This document shows positions 58,343 to 64,000 of a DNA stretch of 64,000 bases, in pieces. The stretch's first letter is position 1, and the number at the start of each line of letters is the position of its first letter. Position numbers and translations under genes: made by a program. The notes under the pieces are model-generated. The model saw only the letters and a program-made list of their open reading frames with translations, searched no databases and was not told the DNA's origin. The stretch is from Octopus vulgaris (taxonomy: Eukaryota), in the NCBI GenBank assembly GCA_951406725.2, contig OX597815.1:80600001-80664000 (forward strand). Direction: 5' to 3'.

Positions 58343-60600
58343 TAATATTAGGGAATAAATCCAAACTTACAGGGAAAAATCAGATTTAGGATTGAATCCA
58401 ATTTTATAGTAAAATATATTATATTAAATTAGAGATAAAACCACTATTAGGCAAATCATACAATGAAAAACTTAAGCCAATACATAAAATTATTTAATTT
58501 ATATTATTCAAATATATAACAAAATTATTAAAAAAATATAATTAATATAACACTACGATCGTTTCATGGCTGTTAATTTCTTTAAATTTTTCGAGTTACA
58601 GTCATTCATCAGGTGGTTTAAATATTTAACTTGGTGAGGTTTAATCGAAAATTGTAGTCTTTCTGCTTCGCTTTCAAACATCTAATGCTGGAGAGAATTT
58701 TTTGAAGAATTTTGGGCTATATCCTGAACATTTGTAAATGGGAAAGATTTCTCCAGATGCTTGCTCAGTGGAATTTTGCGTAATTCCTCTTGTCGGATGT
58801 GCTGTCTGTGGATTCTTGCAAGTTGGCCAAAGGAATTGTTTGTTTCGCCAGCGTAATTTTCATTGCAGCTAGGACAAGTAATACAGTATATGAGATTCTG
58901 TATCTTGCAGTTCATATTTACATTTACTTTGAATGAGAATCCGCTCCTAAATTTTATGTAGGAACCGCTTTCTAAATATTTAAAGTTGTTGTTGTTGTTG
59001 TATGTTCCACATCTGCTATCTCCACATGCTTTTACGGAGGATTCTTATTTATTCCCTGATGTGAATTTTGCTCTTGTGAGGTGTCTTTTGAGATTTTTTA
59101 GTTGACGCCTAAAGTTTCGTAACGGTCTTTTTTATCAATCAGATCTTTCATTTTGGGGCTTTTGTAGAAGTATAGGTAAGTTTGATTTTATGGTATGAAA
59201 GATGTTGGCTACCCCAGAATTGTGCGTTTTAATAAATGGAATCGTGTGTTCATTAATTATTTCCTTTGATGTCTTTAGTTGCGCGATGCTCAGCTTCATT
59301 GCTTTTTAAATTCCCTCGTTTATTAATCCTAATGTGCATTTCTGTTTTGTTAGAACGTCTTTGAGCTCGTTGAATCGGATTTGATGTAGCTTGGGGGTCA
59401 GTCACTATAGTGCTGATACGTCTTGCCTTGCTATATGGGATGTTCCTTTTGATGTGTGAGGGATGGCAAGAGTACAGATTCAAATATTGGTGCGTGTCCA
59501 TTATCATTGTTATTATTATTATTATTTTTTTTTTTTGTAAAATATGTTTATTTGTCCCAAAAGATGAAGCAGTCATCTAGGAAGCGTTTCCACTTTTTAA
59601 TGACGTATTTCTTGCAATCCTGGTTAAAAGCTCTCTCCACTTCCTCATAAAGCTTTTCTTCCAAGTATCCCATGACTAGGTTAGCATATGAGGATGCAAA
59701 CCGCGTCACCATAGCCGTGCCCTTTAACTGTCGATATGCTTTATTATCGAATCTGAAGGTGTTTTCTTCTAGTACCAGGCGTGTGGCCTTGGTGATGAAG
59801 TCAGTTATGAAGTGTTCATTTATCCGTCCCCTATGTTTCTCAACCCAGTGTTTGACTGCTTCCAGGCCCAAAGTATGAGGTAATTCGGTATAAAGGTCGG
59901 TGACAACAAAGCTTGTAAGTATAGTACCTTCTGGGACCTTGGGTGGAACGTGCTGGAAGAAATCTATACCGTCCTGTATACAGCTGGGTATTAATGGGCA
60001 TAAGGGTTTTAGGATTATGTCCAAAAAATGGCTGCTGTGTTGGCGCTTGAGGTCCAGAAACTATTGGTTCCAGTTTGAGATCAGTAAGTCTTACTATTTT
60101 TGTGTATTGGTTCCTCTGCACATTTATGGCTCTCTGTATTTCGGGGCTTTGTGGATTTCTCTCTTTGATTACAGAGTTGCATGAATAATCTTTCTCTTTG
60201 TCTGTAAAGGAATCTTGGTAGGCATTAATTAGTACTTTGATTTTATTCATTATTGCTTTTCCGGGTGTCTTGGTCCTTCCTGGTAGTAGGTTTGGTCTGT
60301 TAGAATTTCCAATATTTTATCTTTATAGTAGGCTTTGTCCAGGATTACTATCGCCCTCCGTTATCGACTTCTTTTAGGATGATTGAATTGTCATTCTTTA
60401 GTGTCAGTAAGGCTTCCTATTCTTCTTCACGAAGGTTTTGTTTATATTTATGGGTACTTAGGGGAAATTTCGAAATTGTGTCCATATATGCGTCTAAATG
60501 TTAGTCATTCCCCTTGTAGTAGATGAAGTGGGATTTATTTCTGACAATTGATTCGTCCTTTATATCCTTATTGCGAAGAATTCTATAAGACGGAGTTGGT
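58343..60600 (-). mobile_element. Penelope-like element: RT, GIY-YIG and 3' pseudo-LTR (decayed)
   Basis: LKNDNSIILKEVDNGG, VTDLYTELPH, QLKGTAM..SYANLVMG, WKRFLDDCFIFW, HQYLNLYSCHPSHIKRNIPYS, NLIYCITCPSCNENYAGET. Confidence 0.92.
58551..58615 (-). ncRNA. Minimal type I hammerhead ribozyme (candidate) in the 3' pLTR
   Basis: Minus strand CAC-CTGATGA-ATGACTGT...ACAGCCAT-GAAAC-GATC-GTA-GTG; palindromic ACGATCGT. Confidence 0.75.
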
Positions 60601-60986
60601 GGTTAAAATGCTCAATATCAGCTTTATATGCACACTCACACATACATACACACGCGCGCGCACACACTTACACACACACACAAAGATAATGGCAATGATT
60701 TTGATGAATGACATACAACACGATATTCTACTCATATTCCAATACCAGCTAAGATTTTCCGAAAACATGCTCAAAATATAAGTATTGCATCAGGCTGAAG
60801 TATCATATACCAGAGGAAAAACAAAATATTCGGAGTTTCTTTACAGACAAAGCAAAGCTTGAAATTTGCCTCCTCCTTGTGAACCGATTACAACTAAGAT
60901 TAAAACACGACTTTAGATTATTAGATTATTTCAAAAGCATTACATACAGGTAGTCTTGCTTTAGTCACACACACACACACGCGCAT

Positions 60987-61051
<65 letters not shown>

Positions 61052-61259
61052 TCAGCCCGTTCTCTGATGATGAAAGCAACATATTTTTGCTTTGTCAGCA
61101 TTTTTCTCTTAATACCAATGTCTGTCTCTGTGCATTTTTGTCATTTTTTTTCTTATCTAGATAATATTTTTTATCTTATTCATTAAGTTCTTTCTGTAGC
61201 ATAGAATCGAGTTCACTCAAGTCTTAAAGAAACTGGTAAAATGGAAACTGCGTGAACAT

Positions 61260-61462
61260 CCGTTTGCACTCTAACTGTACGTGTAATTTAAAGTTGCAGC
61301 CTTCTTGCTATGTGTCCCGACGACTCTACTTGAGCATTCTATCAAGAGCACGTGTAACTGTGCGACAATGGCATGATTTGGCCACATACATAACAATTCA
61401 ATGAGTAGGCCGTTCAGTTTATCGAAGAACTAAATATACTTCGTCGACCCCGACGGAGGTCC
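61260..61462 (+). mobile_element. Old diverged copy of SINE tail A
   Basis: 'cacgtgtaactgtg..ccacatacataacaattcaatgagtaggccgttcagtt..ttcgtcgaccccgacggag' resembles 25760-25875. Confidence 0.45.
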
Positions 61463-61516
61463 TTTATGTATATGCTTGTATACATGTGTACGCGTGTGTT
61501 TATATATATATGTGTT

Positions 61517-61547
<31 letters not shown>

Positions 61548-61740
61548 ATGTGTGTGTGTTTATATATATATATAATGTTTATATATATATAATGTTTATA
61601 GAATTCACTTAGAAGTTATGTTGGTTTCTTGAAGGGATGGTGTCATACAAGGAAATATTGATTCGATATCTAATATTTTATTGGAGAATTTAATATGCAT
61701 AAAATAACAGGTTTATATATATAAACCATGGTTTATAATC

Positions 61741-62154
61741 ATGCAAATGAAAAATAAGAAACTGGAGATAGTTAATAAGAGATTATTATCAGCAAAAAAT
61801 CGATCATTATGCCTACAGCTGTTTCAATTAAGCTCAGTGATGTTAAATAAATATAAAATCATATTTTTGAGCATAATCTCTTCAGAGGGCGAAAAGAATA
61901 TAGCCTTAGATGTTTTGTGTGTTGGTTTGTAGAATCATGATGGCAGAATCATCAGTCTGCCGTGATGATTCTAAAAACTAGCACACAAAATATCTAAGGG
62001 TAATATTTTTTATCTACACCTGAAGAGATTATGCTCAGAAACATGATTTTAATATTTATCTAACTTCACCAGTTTAATCAAAACAGCTGTAAGAGATAAA
62101 TTAACGATTTCTTATTAACTTCAATATCTCCATTTTCCTATTTTTCATTTGCAT
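61741..62154. mobile_element. ~410-bp imperfect palindrome of two inverted pLTR-like arms with decayed hammerhead cores
   Basis: Centre GGCAGA-atcatcag-TCTGCC; TCTTCAG in the left arm and CTGAAGA..CTCAGAAAC in the right; the MQMKN.K.EI peptide appears on both strands. Confidence 0.75.
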
Positions 62155-62617
62155 ATATTTGCTTCTGTATATATATATATATATGTATGTATATGTATAT
62201 GTATATATGTATATATGTATATATACATGTATGTATATATACATGTATGTATATATACATATATGTGTATGTGTGTATGTATGTGTGTACACACACAAAC
62301 ATACACACACATATATTGATTTGTTTTAACGGATGAAGATTTTGTGTAAGACATGAATTTCTATCGTCATTATATTGCGCAATTATCCGAAACGTACGTG
62401 TTAACTGCGTTCTAATTATCGATACATGTATTGACTTCATTTATATATTTATAAATGCATATATACACAAAGCATGTTATAAAATCCTACCTGGACCCGC
62501 ATCTCAGTGCAAAAAGCTATTAATAGCTCGTATCTTTATACTGTGTACATTATATAACATTTATCTCTCACAGGATGGAGTATTTTTTTTATCTTAGCTT
62601 AACGGAACATATATATG

Positions 62618-62680
<63 letters not shown>

Positions 62681-63799
62681 TTATATATATATATGCTTAT
62701 ATATATGTATGCTTATATATGCATGAATGTATTTATGTTGTATGTACGTATGTATGTCACTTCTATTTTTTTAATTATCATAAAACAGAAGAGACATACA
62801 TATATACAAACATACATACACACATACATAATACATACATAAATACGTACATACACACATAATTACATTCATACTTATATAAGTATATATATATATATAT
62901 ATGTCCCATTAGGGAACACACACACATGCATATATATATACACACATATATATGCATGTAATTATGTAATTAATTTAATATATATGTACATCGAAGTCGT
63001 GTTTTATTGTTTTGTGAACAATGCCTCATTGTAATGAAACTATTTAACTGTCAAGATTACGAGCTAAAAAAAAAACAAACTCAGCATTCTCGATGCTAGT
63101 CATCCTTCGAATTCACTGCTTAGATTTGAATGTATAAGGATGCATTCCTTTTTTATATTATCGCCCATAAAAGAAGCTAACCAGCAGAACATACTTGGTG
63201 TGCTCTTGCGCTGTCGAGTGTTTACACTCGTGTTACACTATATCACTTTTCTTAATATATTGCGTTTTTTTCTAATTAATTCAATTTTCTTGCTTCATCG
63301 TCATAATATGTGCGCGTAGAGCATTGTTACATGATTTCGAGTTAAAGGTTATAGAAAATGTAAAAACTGGATAAGAAATGAAGATTGTGAGGAACCGAAA
63401 TTTAAGTGAGCAAAACGCTTGTAAACAAACAGACAAAGTAAAACCATGGAAAATAAGTGGGAAAATGTTAAGTGTTTGAGCAGATATGCTACTTTACTCT
63501 TCCAGGCTATCATCTAGCAAAAAAGGTTTAAATTTTTGTAAGTAGTTGAAATAAGAAACCGAGGAAGCCACTCAAACATTTGCTACTTCACGTGAATGGT
63601 TTTAAAAAATTCAAGAAACAACTTCCGTATAACAGATAAATTAGCAAGTGCTGATATATGGGCGGCATTGGAATTTCTAGCACCATTGAAAGGCATATAA
63701 AAAGGTAAATATACACTTTAAAATATATACTCTCTATAATTTTAATACTTTTTGTACGGCAGTAATGAGCTAGCCCTAACATTCGATCTTCAGATGAGA

Positions 63800-64000
63800 T
63801 GAGACTGTTAAAAAAAAACAAAAACCAAAAGCAAAGAACATGCTACCTTCGGTTTGGTTTTCGTGACTATCTGCATCTATGGCCATGAGTGTTGGGAAAT
63901 GCCTGAAAGAGTACGATCGCGAATACAAGCGGCCGAGATGGGGTTTTTTTTCCCGAAAAGTCTCTACTTCTCTGTATTGTGAGATCACAGCTCAGGTGCT
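63800..64000 (+). mobile_element. RTE-clade (Expander/Rex3-like) LINE fragment
   Basis: ICIYGHECWEMPERVRSRIQAAEMGF matches the RTE post-RT motif 'YGHE.W..TER.RSRIQAAEM'. Confidence 0.7.

Overview
This is an AT-rich, microsatellite-saturated eukaryotic window with no recognisable host protein-coding exon. The SINE families and repeat content suggest an Octopus (cephalopod) intron or intergenic region; this is an inference. Almost all predicted ORFs are translations of (AT)n, (AC)n, (AAT)n and similar repeats. Real coding remnants are all retrotransposons: a young 5'-truncated Tx1/L1-type ORF2 (26.8-28.7 kb), an RTE LINE with three C-terminal C2H2 fingers (52.3-54.3 kb), several R4/Dong-like LINEs in (AAT)n, and at least six Penelope-like (PLE, GIY-YIG) remnants. 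There are also tRNA-derived SINEs of four types, MITEs and a non-autonomous Helitron. The most interesting signal is a family of minimal type I hammerhead ribozymes with palindromic stem III in PLE pseudo-LTRs. Four look structurally complete (30.4, 31.0, 32.8 and 58.6 kb). Some sit in ORF-less inverted-repeat units, and most are embedded in (AT)n tracts. All structures were read by eye; none was computed.
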